The position numbers and the translations under genes are program-made. A stretch of DNA of 55,062 nt from assembly GCA_028291605.1 (NCBI GenBank), contig JAQGHS010000921.1, positions 1 through 55,062 on the forward strand. The letters are read 5' to 3'. The notes beneath the pieces were generated by a model. The model saw nothing but the letters and a program-made list of their open reading frames with translations, made no database searches and had not been told where the DNA came from. The DNA is from Planctomycetaceae bacterium. GTDB lineage: Bacteria > Planctomycetota > Planctomycetia > Planctomycetales > Planctomycetaceae. Below, piece after piece: positions 33,414-43,536 of this stretch (positions are counted from its first letter, which is position 1; each line of letters opens with the position of its first letter).

Positions 33414-35732
33414 ATGAACTCCGTGCTCTTCGACTCCGCCGTGGTGGGGCGCCGTCCGCAGGATGCGCTGGAATTCATCGTCAACGTCCTCCAGTCGTCC
33501 ACAGACCATTCCATTATCACCCAAGGGATTGACGGGACGATCATCCTGTGGAATGAAGGAGCTCGGCGGTTGTACGGATACTCGGGCGAGGAGATACTCG
33601 GCCGAGCCACGTTCGAGATCCTCTACCTCCCCGAAGAATTCGCCGCTGGCCGGCCCCGGGCGATCCAGCAGGAAGTATTACGGCAAGGCAAGTGGGAGGG
33701 GCTACTCACTCAAGTCCGAAAAGACCGGGAGCAGATCACGGTCCGAGCGGTTGTGACACCCTGCCACGACTCGTCCGGCGGGCACATTGGATACGTGGTG
33801 ATTTCCAATGCCGTCACGAAGGAGGCCCCCGCTCTGCAGTCGGAGGATGAATTCGGTGGGCTGCTGGATTCCGTGCCGGAGGCTATCATCATCCTGAATC
33901 CAGATGGGCAAATTGCGATAGTGAACTCCCAAACGGAAGAACTCTTCAAGTACTCGCGAGAACAACTGCCCGGCAAGCCAATTGTACTGCTGTTGCCAGA
34001 GTTCTTTACCCATAACGTGACGAATGAACACTCGTCGTCGCTGGCGAACCGGTTGGAACTCGCCGCCGTACGAGCGGATGGGAGCAAGTTTCGAGTCGAG
34101 ATGACAGTGACGCGGACCGAGCTCCTGGGCAAGGCAATGTTCACCGCCTGTTTGCGCGACATCGCTGAACGCAAACATCTCGAAGATGAATTCCACCGTC
34201 TGAAACAAAGGTTGCTGAACGTCGTCGCCAGCCCTTCGATCCTCTTGAGCTTGTCGGTCGCCGTCGACCAAGACCAACGGATTACATGGGCCAGCGACAG
34301 CTTGCTGGATGTGTTGGGGTATGCTCCCACGGAAGCGTTGGGGCAGGAATGGTGGCTGGCGAATGTCCATCCAGATGATCGGGATGATGTGATCGCGCAA
34401 TTCCAGACTAACTTGCTCAAACTGGAACGCTCGACTTACGAGTACCGGTTCCGTCACAGTGATGGCAATTACCGCTGGACTCGGTGCGAGTTGCGGGTGA
34501 TTCACGATGAGGCGGGCCAACCGGCGGAGGCGGTCGGCTCGTGGACGGACATCACCGAACGCAAGCATCTCGAAGACCAGGTTCTCCAGGCCCAGAAGAT
34601 GGAGGCTGTGGGCCGGCTGGCGGGCGGCGTCGCTCACGACTTCAATAACTTATTAACCGTCATCAACGGTTGCAGCGAGCTAGTGCTGGACCAGCTCCCC
34701 GTGGCTGACCCGCTACGTGAGCTGATGCGCGAGATCGTCACCGCCGGCGACCGGGCCGCGAGCCTGACCCGTCAATTGCTGACCTTCAGTCGCAAAGCGA
34801 TCATCGAACCGAAAGTTCTGGATCTCAAAGCGCTGGTCGCCGATATGGGGAGGATGCTCAGCCGAATCCTCGGTGAGGATATCCAACTGACCGTGATCAG
34901 TGATCCGGAATTGGGTGTGGTGAAGGCCGACCCGAGCCAGATCGAGCAAGTCCTGTTGAATCTGGTCGTTAACGCCCGCGACGCCATGCCGCAAGGGGGG
35001 CAGCTCACTGTTGAAGTGCGGAATGCTGATCTAGACGAAACATACACGCAAGAACACCCAGACTCCCGACCTGGCCCGCATGTGCTGCTGGCTTTCAGCG
35101 ACACCGGCTGCGGGATGGACGAGGCCACACTGAGGCGGATCTTCGAACCGTTTTTTACCACCAAAGGGGAGCGAGGCACAGGATTTGGACTGGCCACGGT
35201 ACATGGCATCGTTAAGCAGAGCGGGGGCCACGTGATTGTCTACAGTGAGATGGGACACGGTACGACTTTTAAGGTCTACCTACCTCAGGTGGAACAGCAA
35301 CCGTCCTTGAGCAATTCGAATCTGGGTCTTAGCCCAAAAGCGAAGCCGCGCGGTAACGAAACCGTACTGCTGGTGGAAGATGAAGATGCCCTGCGGGCGC
35401 TCACCCGTCACATCCTCGAGCGCTCAGGGTATACCGTGCTCGAAGCCCGCGAGGGTTCCGAGGCCGTGAGGATCGCAGAGCAGCGCAGGGGCCAAATCGA
35501 CTTGTTACTCACCGATGTCGTCATGCCCCGGATGGGCGGTCGCGAGGTGGCAGCGCGACTGACAGGTCTATATCCTGAGTTGAAGGTCTTATTCCTGTCT
35601 GGTTATACGGACGACGCGGTGGTGCGTCATGGAATTCTGCACGCTGAGGTCGCGTTTCTCCAAAAGCCCTTTAGCCCAGCGTCGCTGGCCACAAAGGTGC
35701 GCGACGTTCTTGACAGCCCAGCGTCGCGGTAG
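33414..35732 (+). CDS. hybrid sensor histidine kinase (multiple PAS, HisKA, HATPase_c, receiver)
   Basis: 772 aa. The H-box is GGVAHDFNNLLTVINGCSE, with NLVVNARDAMP and GTGFGLATV. The C-terminal REC is VLLVEDEDALR...LLLTDVVMPRMGG. AAGGA lies 7 nt upstream of the ATG. Confidence 0.92.
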   Translation: MNSVLFDSAVVGRRPQDALEFIVNVLQSSTDHSIITQGIDGTIILWNEGARRLYGYSGEEILGRATFEILYLPEEFAAGRPRAIQQEVLRQGKWEGLLTQVRKDREQITVRAVVTPCHDSSGGHIGYVVISNAVTKEAPALQSEDEFGGLLDSVPEAIIILNPDGQIAIVNSQTEELFKYSREQLPGKPIVLLLPEFFTHNVTNEHSSSLANRLELAAVRADGSKFRVEMTVTRTELLGKAMFTACLRDIAERKHLEDEFHRLKQRLLNVVASPSILLSLSVAVDQDQRITWASDSLLDVLGYAPTEALGQEWWLANVHPDDRDDVIAQFQTNLLKLERSTYEYRFRHSDGNYRWTRCELRVIHDEAGQPAEAVGSWTDITERKHLEDQVLQAQKMEAVGRLAGGVAHDFNNLLTVINGCSELVLDQLPVADPLRELMREIVTAGDRAASLTRQLLTFSRKAIIEPKVLDLKALVADMGRMLSRILGEDIQLTVISDPELGVVKADPSQIEQVLLNLVVNARDAMPQGGQLTVEVRNADLDETYTQEHPDSRPGPHVLLAFSDTGCGMDEATLRRIFEPFFTTKGERGTGFGLATVHGIVKQSGGHVIVYSEMGHGTTFKVYLPQVEQQPSLSNSNLGLSPKAKPRGNETVLLVEDEDALRALTRHILERSGYTVLEAREGSEAVRIAEQRRGQIDLLLTDVVMPRMGGREVAARLTGLYPELKVLFLSGYTDDAVVRHGILHAEVAFLQKPFSPASLATKVRDVLDSPASR

Positions 35733-35801
35733 GGTTGGTCGTCGTCGCGCGGTCTAGTCGAGGCCACGAGCTTCAGATCAAACAATGCCTCTAGCGGAGT
35801 T

Positions 35802-35817
35802 AGGCAGAATATTGCCT
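35802..35817. repeat. short inverted-repeat motif AGGCA-N6-TGCCT (copy 1)
   Basis: AGGCAGAATATTGCCT. It shares AGGCA...AATATTGCCT with the second copy at 36284-36300. Confidence 0.4.
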
Positions 35818-36283
35818 CACAACGCAAACCGACTGGATGTTCGCTGGCTTCCGCGCCGCCTCGCGAAGGAGACGCACTCGGCGAGCCGAGATTACAGCGG
35901 TACGGCATCACCCACGATTTGACAGATAAGTTCGAAGATCTGACCATGTGCCAACTTACCTCCTCATTTCTAACGGGTGAGTCGGACACAATCCCTATTC
36001 TATACGAGGAATCCTTTGGGTTGAAACGACACGCTTATTGGTTCATCGTCTGCCAGCCTGATCGCCCAGCATTCAATATTGTCCGACTTTTTTCGGGATG
36101 CAAATGTTGAAGTTGGTGTCATGCCTAATATTTTGGCGAAGCGGGATAGGACGTAATGTGGGCTCCTAAGTCAATCGTCGTGTTATTCACATCGAGTAAT
36201 TGTCATCTATGCGCAAGAACTGTGGCAGCGTTGAATTAAGTCAACTGAGAGGCCGAAAATCAACACGCTAGTTTCAAAGCCCG

Positions 36284-36300
36284 AGGCATAAATATTGCCT
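36284..36300. repeat. short inverted-repeat motif AGGCA-N7-TGCCT (copy 2)
   Basis: AGGCATAAATATTGCCT. Both copies lie in the ORF-poor, lower-G+C stretch downstream of the kinase gene. Confidence 0.4.
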
Positions 36301-36458
36301 ACTCGTCCGGCGAAATTAGTTCAATATCAGGCGGCCATGCGGTAGAAGCGAGCACCCGACGATTGCGGTGACACTTACTTGTTCAAATTGATTGATGGGC
36401 AGACAGCGCTCGTATTTTTCTTGCTGCAAAGAGAGAATCAACAATCCAGGTGACGATT

Positions 36459-36677
36459 ATGGCAAGTGTCGATTTCCGTGGTACGAAGCGTGATCGTTCT
36501 CGAATCAATTTGAATGCGAACGATGACCGCATGTTCTGGTCTAAAAGATTCGGGATCACGTCCGAGCAACTCATCGAGATCGTACTCAGGGCGGGTAGCT
36601 CGCCCGACGATGTTCAGAAAGTCCTCCGCCAGCAGCACTCGCTTGACCTGAGGGCGTCCCGATATTGGATATCCTAG
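36459..36677 (+). CDS. DUF3606 domain protein
   Basis: Reads MASVDFRGTKRDRSRINLNANDDRMFWSKRFGITSEQLIEIVLRAGSSPDDVQKVL..., which matches the DUF3606 pattern (...RINVNE..ELRYW...GVS.EEL..AV..VG.S...V...L). AGGTG lies 6 nt upstream of the ATG at 36459. Confidence 0.8.
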   Translation: MASVDFRGTKRDRSRINLNANDDRMFWSKRFGITSEQLIEIVLRAGSSPDDVQKVLRQQHSLDLRASRYWIS

Positions 36678-36694
36678 CTGTCCTCATCGTGGCG

Positions 36695-37237
36695 CTATCC
36701 GCGGGTTTGTCGGCAGGATGTCGACTGATCGTAACGTGACTCGCGAGGTTGACGATAATCGGCAATACGCCCGGCGGCAATCGAATGGTTGCCGCTGGTG
36801 TTTTCCTGCATGATCTGCTCGATACCGTAGGGGATAGGACTCCACATGTCCCAGATAAATTGGTTACAACGCAAAACGGAAACGATTTGCAATGAGTGCT
36901 TTGCCTGAATCACCCGCAAATCCAGATTCTCATAACGCGGAAATGTTCGGCAAGTCGGTTCGTGCGTAGGCGACCGGTCTTTGAATTGCCGATAGTTAGC
37001 TTGCGAAACCGAATTCTCGTTGCTCGTCAGCGAGATATACGGTCCGCACCGCCCCTCGCTGGCCCGCAGGGGCGGTTTGTTTTTCTTTGTACCGGAGAGT
37101 ACATCGGTTGAACCTGCCCAATTGAGGAGACTTTGCGTCGTGCAGCAGTGAAAACAATGACTGCACGAATACTTTGATGGAAGCATTCCATTACAGTCGC
37201 AACCGTTAATTAACGCGAAAAAAATGGAAACGTTCAT
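36695..37237 (-). CDS. ORFan hypothetical protein (Cys-rich N-terminus)
   Basis: 180-aa ORF in the lower-G+C region with no family recognised. Its start overlaps the start of an equally uncertain divergent ORF (37224-37496), so at most one of the two is likely real. Confidence 0.25.
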   Translation of the reverse strand: MNVSIFFALINGCDCNGMLPSKYSCSHCFHCCTTQSLLNWAGSTDVLSGTKKNKPPLRASEGRCGPYISLTSNENSVSQANYRQFKDRSPTHEPTCRTFPRYENLDLRVIQAKHSLQIVSVLRCNQFIWDMWSPIPYGIEQIMQENTSGNHSIAAGRIADYRQPRESRYDQSTSCRQTRG

Positions 37238-37666
37238 TATTGACGATCAAATGCCAGACAAACGAATCCAGTCGCCTGTGTCAGCGCCAAATCCTTTTGG
37301 GGCACCGCAATATCACGATGGACTGTCGCTCGCCAGCCACTTGAATCTCAGTGACGTGATAGCAGGTTGTATCTACGACCTCAGCGATTTGGGTGACACT
37401 CATTTTCCGCCGGCTCTTTGGAAGTCTCTCCACCGAACTCTGGAGGCACACCGAAGAGCATCAGCCAGAAAATCACCTGTTCAAGACCTCTCTTGAAACA
37501 CGACGCTGCTCAACTGTTACTGTAGCTGATAGTCTTGTGGATCGGCGCCGACAGAGGACCAGTGCTTCCGTGCGATGTTTGGCGGAGGCCAAGGAAGGCG
37601 CCTCCGATCGCCGCGCCCTCGTACGTAAAGTTTAGGCAATTTCTTGTTCCTCTGGTCCTTCGTCGC

Positions 37667-37882
37667 CGGGCAGACTATATCTTGGCCAAGACGCTGGCTG
37701 AAGCCTTGACGATGAGCGTTATTGACCAGATCAACCGAGCCTTGCCCAAAATGCAGAAGGAGCTACCTGACGATATCCGAGTCAGCTTTGAATTCGACCA
37801 GTGTCCAGACGCCACGAGAGCGATCCAGAGCCCGTTCACTGGGAGAGTTCTGGATGCTATTCTGGCCAATGGTTGTCTGTAG
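37667..37882 (+). pseudogene. internal fragment of an RND efflux permease gene
   Basis: ...ADYILAKTLAEALTMSVIDQINRALPKMQKELPDDIRVSFEFDQCPDATRAIQSPFTGRVLDAILA... aligns with ...GASTISVVNNVLAALPRIQAQLPPELKLEPLFDQSVFVKAAVDGVLKEGAIAA... of the intact pump in this window (1877-5191). Only about 70 codons survive. Confidence 0.6.
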
Positions 37883-38020
37883 CGGTATCGACTGGTTGTA
37901 CGCGTTCGCTGTCCTCGAGATCCTCCCTGTGCTACACTCCGGCAATTGACGGAGATCGGCTCCTTGGCATTCGTTTGTCAGGTTGTGTACCCTCAAGTAA
38001 TCATTTTCGGAAACGTACAA

Positions 38021-38218
38021 ATGGCCGAAGGCACGATCAAGAAATTGACCGATAAAGGATTTGGTTTCATTAAGACTGATGGGGCGAAAGACCTGTTTTT
38101 TCATTCGAAGGCACTACAAGGCGTCAGCTTTGATGAATTGCATGAAGGCCAAAAAGTGACATTTACGGAAGGCCGCAGTGATAAAGGACCATGTGCCGAG
38201 AACGTGAGACCAGTCTAA
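38021..38218 (+). CDS. cold-shock domain protein (CspA family)
   Basis: Reads MAEGTIKKLTDKGFGFIKTDGAKDLFFHSKALQGVSFDELHEGQKVTFTEGRSDKGPCAENVRPV, with RNP1-like KGFGFI and RNP2-like FFH motifs. The internal ATG at 38021 gives the canonical 65-aa length. Confidence 0.9.
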   Translation: MAEGTIKKLTDKGFGFIKTDGAKDLFFHSKALQGVSFDELHEGQKVTFTEGRSDKGPCAENVRPV

Positions 38219-38268
38219 CCCCTGACATCGGCTAGGTCTTCCTGCCTGCGAGCTTCCTGCGGCCTGAA

Positions 38269-41200
38269 TTACCCGTTTGTAGGCTTCAATTCAGCGAGTA
38301 GTTTCAGCAATGTTTTCGGTTCCGATGGTTTGACCAGATGATGGTCGAAACCGGCTTCCGCTGTTCGCCGTCGATCCTCGGCCTGTCCCCATCCCGTCAG
38401 CGCTGCCAGGATAGTCGTTTCCAAGCCAGACATCTTCCGGATTCTGCGGGCGACCTCGAAGCCATCCATCCTCGGCATCCCGAGATCAAGGAAAATCAAG
38501 TCGGGTCGATAACTCTTGACGAGTTCCAAGGCGGAGACGCCGTCGTGAGCGATCCTGACCTCGTATCCCTGCAGTCGAAGCCATACCGCCAGGCTGACGG
38601 CGGCATCGTGGTTGTCATCCACAACTAGCAGCTGGTGGCCGGAACTGGGGATGACTCGATTCTCTTGAGCACTCGTTTTGTCAGCCACCGGATATTGAGT
38701 GTTTTGCAGTTTGAGCGGAAAGCGGACCACGAACTCGCAACCTTTGCCCAAACCTGCGCTATGCGCCTCCACACTGCCGTCGTGCATCTCAACGAGATTC
38801 TTGACCAGTGTGAGCCCGATGCCGAGACCACCCTGAGCTTTCGTCGTCGCATGGTCCGCCTGTACGAACAACTCGAAAACGTGGGGCAGCATGTCGGGGG
38901 CGATGCCAATGCCGGTGTCCCGGACTGCCAATATTGCCTGATTGTCCTCGCGGCGCGCTAATAGCCAGATCTTGCCGTTGGCATCCATATATTTGGCAGA
39001 GTTGGTCAGCAAGTTGGCGATGACCTGCACGAGCCGTACAGGATCGGCATCCAGCAACAGTGACTCCGACGGCACAAAGATCTCCAACTCGTGTCCCTGA
39101 ACCTCAATGAGCGGCTTGGCCGTCTCCACCGCACGGGCGATGATCGTGGCCAGTTCAACCGGCTCTTTCCGCAACTCGATCTTGCCCCGCATGACACGGG
39201 AAACATCGAGCAAGTCGTCTACGAGGCGCACCAGGTGCTGCACCTGTCGCTCCATCACGTCTCTGCAGCGGTCGATAGTTGCCATATCGACCTGTGACAG
39301 TTTCAGGATTTGCAGTGAGTTACAGATCGGAGCGAGCGGGTTACGTAATTCGTGGGCGAGCGTCGCTAAGAACTCGTCTTTGCGCCTGTTTGCCTCTTTC
39401 AATGACTCTTCGGCCCGCACGCGATCGGTGATGTCAATGGCCATTCCCCCGACCAGAAACGGTGTCCCCAGCGGTCCTTGTATTGGGAATTTGCAAACGA
39501 GGGAGTGGTGCAGAATTCCATCTTCGTGCTCCAAATTTTCGATAACCTGGACGCCGGTCCCATTCATCGCTCGCCGGTCGTTCTCCTTAAATCTTGTGGC
39601 GGTTTCAGGCGGGAAGACATCGTCATCAGTCTTGCCATAGAGTTCCGGGCGGGGCATCTGAAAGGCATTCACGGCCTCATCGTTGGCGTAGACATAGCGC
39701 CCGTTTAAGTCCTTGATCCATGCCAGACCGGGCAAGTGCTGCATAAACCCGGCGAAACGCTGCTCACTCTGGCGCAATTGTTCTTCCGCTGACATGCGTT
39801 CCATGAACTGTGCGAGCTGTACCGCGACCGTCGCCATCATTTCCAGCAATTCGGGATCCGACTCCTGGATGCGCTGGCTGAAGAACTCGATGACGCCCAG
39901 CGTCCTGCCGCCGACCATAATCGGACAGCCAAAGGCACTATGCAGTCCCTCTTTAGCTGCACTTGCGGCCCGCGGGAAATTGGCGTCATCGACGACATGG
40001 AGAATCCATGCCGGCTGGCCAGCAGTCCAAACGCGACCGGGCAGCCCCTCGCCAGGTCTGAATGAACGACTGCGGGTTGTCGCCTCGAACTCAGTAAAGG
40101 CGAGGCGGGGGCGGTGCCAACATTCAAGACACCGCAACGTTTCCGTTTCACGATCCACGGTCCAGAAAGAGCCGAAATCCCAAGCCAAGCCTTCGCACAC
40201 GATTTTCAACACACCCTTGGCGGCTTCGGGAAAGGTGACCGCTTGGACAAGGAGTTGATTGACAGCCAGCCTTGTATTGCGGTGGCGTTCGATCCGGACC
40301 CGCTCGCTGATGTCCCTCAGGTAGGCCGTGAACACCGGCGGTCCGTCAGAGGAAATTTGGGCAATTGTCAATTCGACCGGAAATTCGGTGCCGTCCGCGC
40401 GCAGGGCGGAAAGCTCAATCCGTTTATTCATGACCGGCCCTTCGCCGGTTGCGAGAAGATGAGCCATGCCTCGGTGGTGGGCTTCCCGCAAATGCGGTGG
40501 AATGATGAAGTCGGCGATTTCCCGGCCTGCAATGTCATGCTTGGCGTATCCGAACACTCGCTCGGCCGCCGGGTTAAACTCGATGACTCTGCCCTGATGA
40601 TCGATGGTGATGATACAGTCCAACGCCGTTTCGAGGATCGCCGCCTTGCGCGCCTCACTTGCCCGCAACCGTGCATTTTCTTCCGCCAGCTTCCGCCCGA
40701 AGGTCGCGTGTTCAATTTGCCGAATCTGATCGGCCTGCCATTGAATCTGCCGTGTCTTCTCGAAGAGTTCGATGAAGCCGGCAACCTTGGCCCGGACGAT
40801 GACTGGTACCAGCGGCTTAATCAGGAAGTCTACGGCGCCCAACGAGTACGCACGTTCAACCGTGGAGCGATCCGTTTCAAACGCCGTGAGGAAGACAATC
40901 GGAAGATGGCGAGAGGTCTTCGGTCCCCGGATGAGTTTCGCTGTTTCGAAACCGTCCAGACCGGGCATCTGCACATCCAGCAGGACGACGGCGAAATCGG
41001 CATCCAACAATCGGCGCAGTGCTTCCTCGCCCGAACGCGCTTCCACCATGTTGTGGCCCAAGTCAGCCAGTATCTCTCGGAGCACAAGCAGGTTGGCCGG
41101 CACATCATCCACGAGCAAGATATTGGCCTTGGGCTGCAGCGTCGACTCGTTGATTGTTTCGTGGGATTCCAAGGGTAGCCTGTTTCCTGTCCTCGTCGAG

Positions 41201-41373
41201 TGCCTTCGTAATTTTGTCGCGGCGAGATGGTTACGGCTGAAGGGATTTGCGTGAGAACCACTCTCGCTTGAACTGCAGTGCTCGCTTGCGGAGTTACAGA
41301 GGAGTTCCCGGGTTGTTCGATCATAACCGATCGCCGTGCTGTGCGGCACTCGCTTCGGATCGTCCGTCAGCAA
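38269..41373 (-). CDS. hybrid sensor histidine kinase with receivers at both ends (REC, PAS, GAF, PAS, HisKA, HATPase_c, REC)
   Basis: The N-terminal REC is [14 protein letters not shown]...[13 protein letters not shown]. The H-box is [12 protein letters not shown], with GLGIGLTLV. The C-terminal REC is [14 protein letters not shown]...[12 protein letters not shown]. The coordinates give the maximal ORF (TTG at 41373). The true start is probably nearer the first REC, for example the TTG at 41172. Confidence 0.88.
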   Translation of the reverse strand: MLTDDPKRVPHSTAIGYDRTTRELLCNSASEHCSSSESGSHANPFSRNHLAATKLRRHSTRTGNRLPLESHETINESTLQPKANILLVDDVPANLLVLREILADLGHNMVEARSGEEALRRLLDADFAVVLLDVQMPGLDGFETAKLIRGPKTSRHLPIVFLTAFETDRSTVERAYSLGAVDFLIKPLVPVIVRAKVAGFIELFEKTRQIQWQADQIRQIEHATFGRKLAEENARLRASEARKAAILETALDCIITIDHQGRVIEFNPAAERVFGYAKHDIAGREIADFIIPPHLREAHHRGMAHLLATGEGPVMNKRIELSALRADGTEFPVELTIAQISSDGPPVFTAYLRDISERVRIERHRNTRLAVNQLLVQAVTFPEAAKGVLKIVCEGLAWDFGSFWTVDRETETLRCLECWHRPRLAFTEFEATTRSRSFRPGEGLPGRVWTAGQPAWILHVVDDANFPRAASAAKEGLHSAFGCPIMVGGRTLGVIEFFSQRIQESDPELLEMMATVAVQLAQFMERMSAEEQLRQSEQRFAGFMQHLPGLAWIKDLNGRYVYANDEAVNAFQMPRPELYGKTDDDVFPPETATRFKENDRRAMNGTGVQVIENLEHEDGILHHSLVCKFPIQGPLGTPFLVGGMAIDITDRVRAEESLKEANRRKDEFLATLAHELRNPLAPICNSLQILKLSQVDMATIDRCRDVMERQVQHLVRLVDDLLDVSRVMRGKIELRKEPVELATIIARAVETAKPLIEVQGHELEIFVPSESLLLDADPVRLVQVIANLLTNSAKYMDANGKIWLLARREDNQAILAVRDTGIGIAPDMLPHVFELFVQADHATTKAQGGLGIGLTLVKNLVEMHDGSVEAHSAGLGKGCEFVVRFPLKLQNTQYPVADKTSAQENRVIPSSGHQLLVVDDNHDAAVSLAVWLRLQGYEVRIAHDGVSALELVKSYRPDLIFLDLGMPRMDGFEVARRIRKMSGLETTILAALTGWGQAEDRRRTAEAGFDHHLVKPSEPKTLLKLLAELKPTNG

Positions 41374-41671
41374 CTGGCCCAGCCTGATTCCGTCGCTGGA
41401 CCATAGTCGGGATCGATCGAGGGTATGTTTTGAAGCCTCATTGTCCCATCGATTGCGTGGTTCACCGCATTGATTCTCCTATTGAGTCAGGCTCAGTGAA
41501 GGAGATTGGGTCCATTTGACTGCCGACCGCTGGAGCTTGAACTACGTCCTCTCCGACCTCTACGTATCGGTTCTCTTCCGCTCCAGACCTCCTGGGCGGC
41601 GAACTGGCCCGGCCGACGCCCTTCGACGGCTTAAGGCCGTTTACGGCACGGACGAGGAGGTCGGGCCGGTG

Positions 41672-41968
41672 TTAGCCGAGGCTAAATGCCGGGAGTCCGG
41701 CCCCGAGGCGTGCGGTGTCCTCCTGCCAGTCCGAGGTGAAATCATCGCCTGCAGCCGCGATCGCGACATGCGATTGAAAGTGCTCGCTCGCAACGCCATG
41801 ATCGTCGGGCATTGTCAGATAGAATTGAGACAGTGACATAGTGAAGATCGCCACGCGGGGCACGCAGTGGATTAAAGAAAAGTCGATACTCTTAACTGGT
41901 ACTAAAGTGACGTTTGAGTATTCGCCCGAGAGTTTCTCGGCCACCGAAGTCGAGTTCTCGCTGGACAT
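41672..41968 (-). CDS. ORFan small protein divergent from the DAC-like gene
   Basis: 98-aa ORF (MSSENSTSVAEKLSGEYSNVTLVPVKSIDFSLIH...), whose 5' half lies in a visibly AT-richer patch. No family recognised, and it competes with the overlapping plus-strand ORF 41516-41836. Confidence 0.25.
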   Translation of the reverse strand: MSSENSTSVAEKLSGEYSNVTLVPVKSIDFSLIHCVPRVAIFTMSLSQFYLTMPDDHGVASEHFQSHVAIAAAGDDFTSDWQEDTARLGAGLPAFSLG

Positions 41969-42195
41969 CTGCGAGGCAGTAATGGGTGTTTGGGTGCCAT
42001 CTTGATCCGCTCCGATGCAGCGTACTCACCACGATTTTGCGGCGCGAGCCAGGCAAAAAGTCAACGAGGCTTGCGAGCGGCGGCTAAAATCTGATGTATG
42101 AATCGCTTCTCGAATGAAATGGCGTCTCTGAGATCGGGATCGCCAACAGGGCCGCACGAGCCCATTCGCGATGGGTGCGCTGCTGCGAGGAAAAC

Positions 42196-43536
42196 ATGCT
42201 CGAAGAAAAACCTACTCCCGCCGAATCCAGTCATCCGGCCGTTGGGTATTCATATCCCCGGGACCTCGCGCTGTTTGTGCAAGACCGATGGAGGGGCCCT
42301 GAGCCTGATGGCGGCGTCGACTTGTTGCCCGATCCAGCGACTCTGCATTACTTCTTTTCCGCATGTTATCACGCGAGCATGCTACGCGAGGAGGAGCGCC
42401 CCGTTACCTTTCGAGCCATCCTCGCGCCACCTTCACTCTTCACTCGCGAGCAGAGGCCCCCTGAGGGTCTTCAGTTGCTAGAGTTTTCGCGCTCCCTTCT
42501 CTTCCACCCGAGTGAACTGAGGAGGCTCTCGGCAGCCGCTGACTCACAGCGAACGCTGATCGGGGTACAGTCGGCAGGAAATGAGGATGGGGGCTTACGG
42601 ATCTGGGGTTTGATCAATTCAGGCACCCGGTGGCTAAGGGACGTCCAAGGAGGCAGGCGGGCCGGGCCCTCCCTGCCCCATGCGCCAGTCGTCCACATTG
42701 AGGCACCCGGAAGCATCGAAGTCTACAAGGGCTATGATCTGATCGGAAAGCTCCAGGCAGGAAGGCTCTCGGGGTTGCGGGTGGACCTTTTCGAGTCGGA
42801 ATGGCTGCCGGTCGAGTTCTCGGAATTCCGGACGACGCTCATGGAGCGACACGAGGAGGGTCGCAACCGCGCGAGCGAGAACTTCGCGCCGCTGGAGCCG
42901 ACGCTTCCTCGCAGGATTGCCGAGCGCATGATGAAGCGTGTGATATCGATGCTGCGTGCAGCACGGCACGGCGGCACCATCATCTTCATTCCACTCAAGA
43001 TCGCCACAGAACCCAACGGCACGGATTCGTATATCGACCTTAAATATCGATTTGCGGGCGGTCGTCCGCAACCTTCTTTTCCTGATCTCGTAGTCGAAAT
43101 CCTCAATCGCCTTGCCTGCGTGTACGGGGCTTCGCACCAGAGCGGGCAAAAACCGGTCGGTTGGGCAGAGTTCGAGGCGACGACCGACGACGAACTGGCG
43201 TTGCTTGACGAAGCGCTCTTTGAAACAGCCCATCTGATCGCTGGATTAGCGGCGGTCGATGGCGCGGTAGTCCTGAGCAAGGATCACGAACTCATGGGGT
43301 TCGGCGGCATGATCTCCGGCAGGCTACCGGCGATCAAGACCGTGGCTAGATCATTGGACCTCGAAGGTGAGACATTCGCCGAAGAGGAGACGGGAAATGT
43401 CGGCGCCCGCCATCGATCGGCCTACCGGTTGGCCGGTGCCCTTCTCGGATCGCTGGCGATTGTGATTTCCCAGGACGGTGGGGTGCGTTTCGTATGCCAG
43501 AAGGACGGACGCGTTACCTATTGGGAACAAGACTAG
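42196..43536 (+). CDS. protein with an uncharacterised N-terminal domain and a C-terminal DisA_N / diadenylate-cyclase (DAC)-like domain
   Basis: The C-terminal roughly 190 aa carry the DAC signature series: RHGGTIIFI (cf. GALIVI), AAVDGAVVLSKDHELMGFGGMISG (DGA motif), GARHRSAYRLAG (RHR motif) and LAIVISQDGGVRFVCQKDGRV (cf. VSEETGxIS). There is a roughly 50-aa insert between the first two motifs. The ATG at 42196 has GAGG 5 nt upstream. Confidence 0.7.
   Translation: MLEEKPTPAESSHPAVGYSYPRDLALFVQDRWRGPEPDGGVDLLPDPATLHYFFSACYHASMLREEERPVTFRAILAPPSLFTREQRPPEGLQLLEFSRSLLFHPSELRRLSAAADSQRTLIGVQSAGNEDGGLRIWGLINSGTRWLRDVQGGRRAGPSLPHAPVVHIEAPGSIEVYKGYDLIGKLQAGRLSGLRVDLFESEWLPVEFSEFRTTLMERHEEGRNRASENFAPLEPTLPRRIAERMMKRVISMLRAARHGGTIIFIPLKIATEPNGTDSYIDLKYRFAGGRPQPSFPDLVVEILNRLACVYGASHQSGQKPVGWAEFEATTDDELALLDEALFETAHLIAGLAAVDGAVVLSKDHELMGFGGMISGRLPAIKTVARSLDLEGETFAEEETGNVGARHRSAYRLAGALLGSLAIVISQDGGVRFVCQKDGRVTYWEQD

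Noticed and set aside
33702-34637. 311-aa and 236-aa minus-strand ORFs inside the 33414-35732 kinase gene.
   Set aside because: These are antisense shadow ORFs. The plus-strand frame carries the PAS and HisKA motifs.
37224-37496. 90-aa plus-strand ORF divergent from, and overlapping the start of, the 180-aa ORFan.
   Set aside because: It has no SD and no homology cues. It lies in the decayed low-G+C region, where random ORFs of this size are expected, so I did not list it as a feature.
40114-41178. 354-aa plus-strand ORF inside the 38269-41373 kinase gene.
   Set aside because: It is antisense to the REC, PAS and GAF coding sequence, and no independent support exists.
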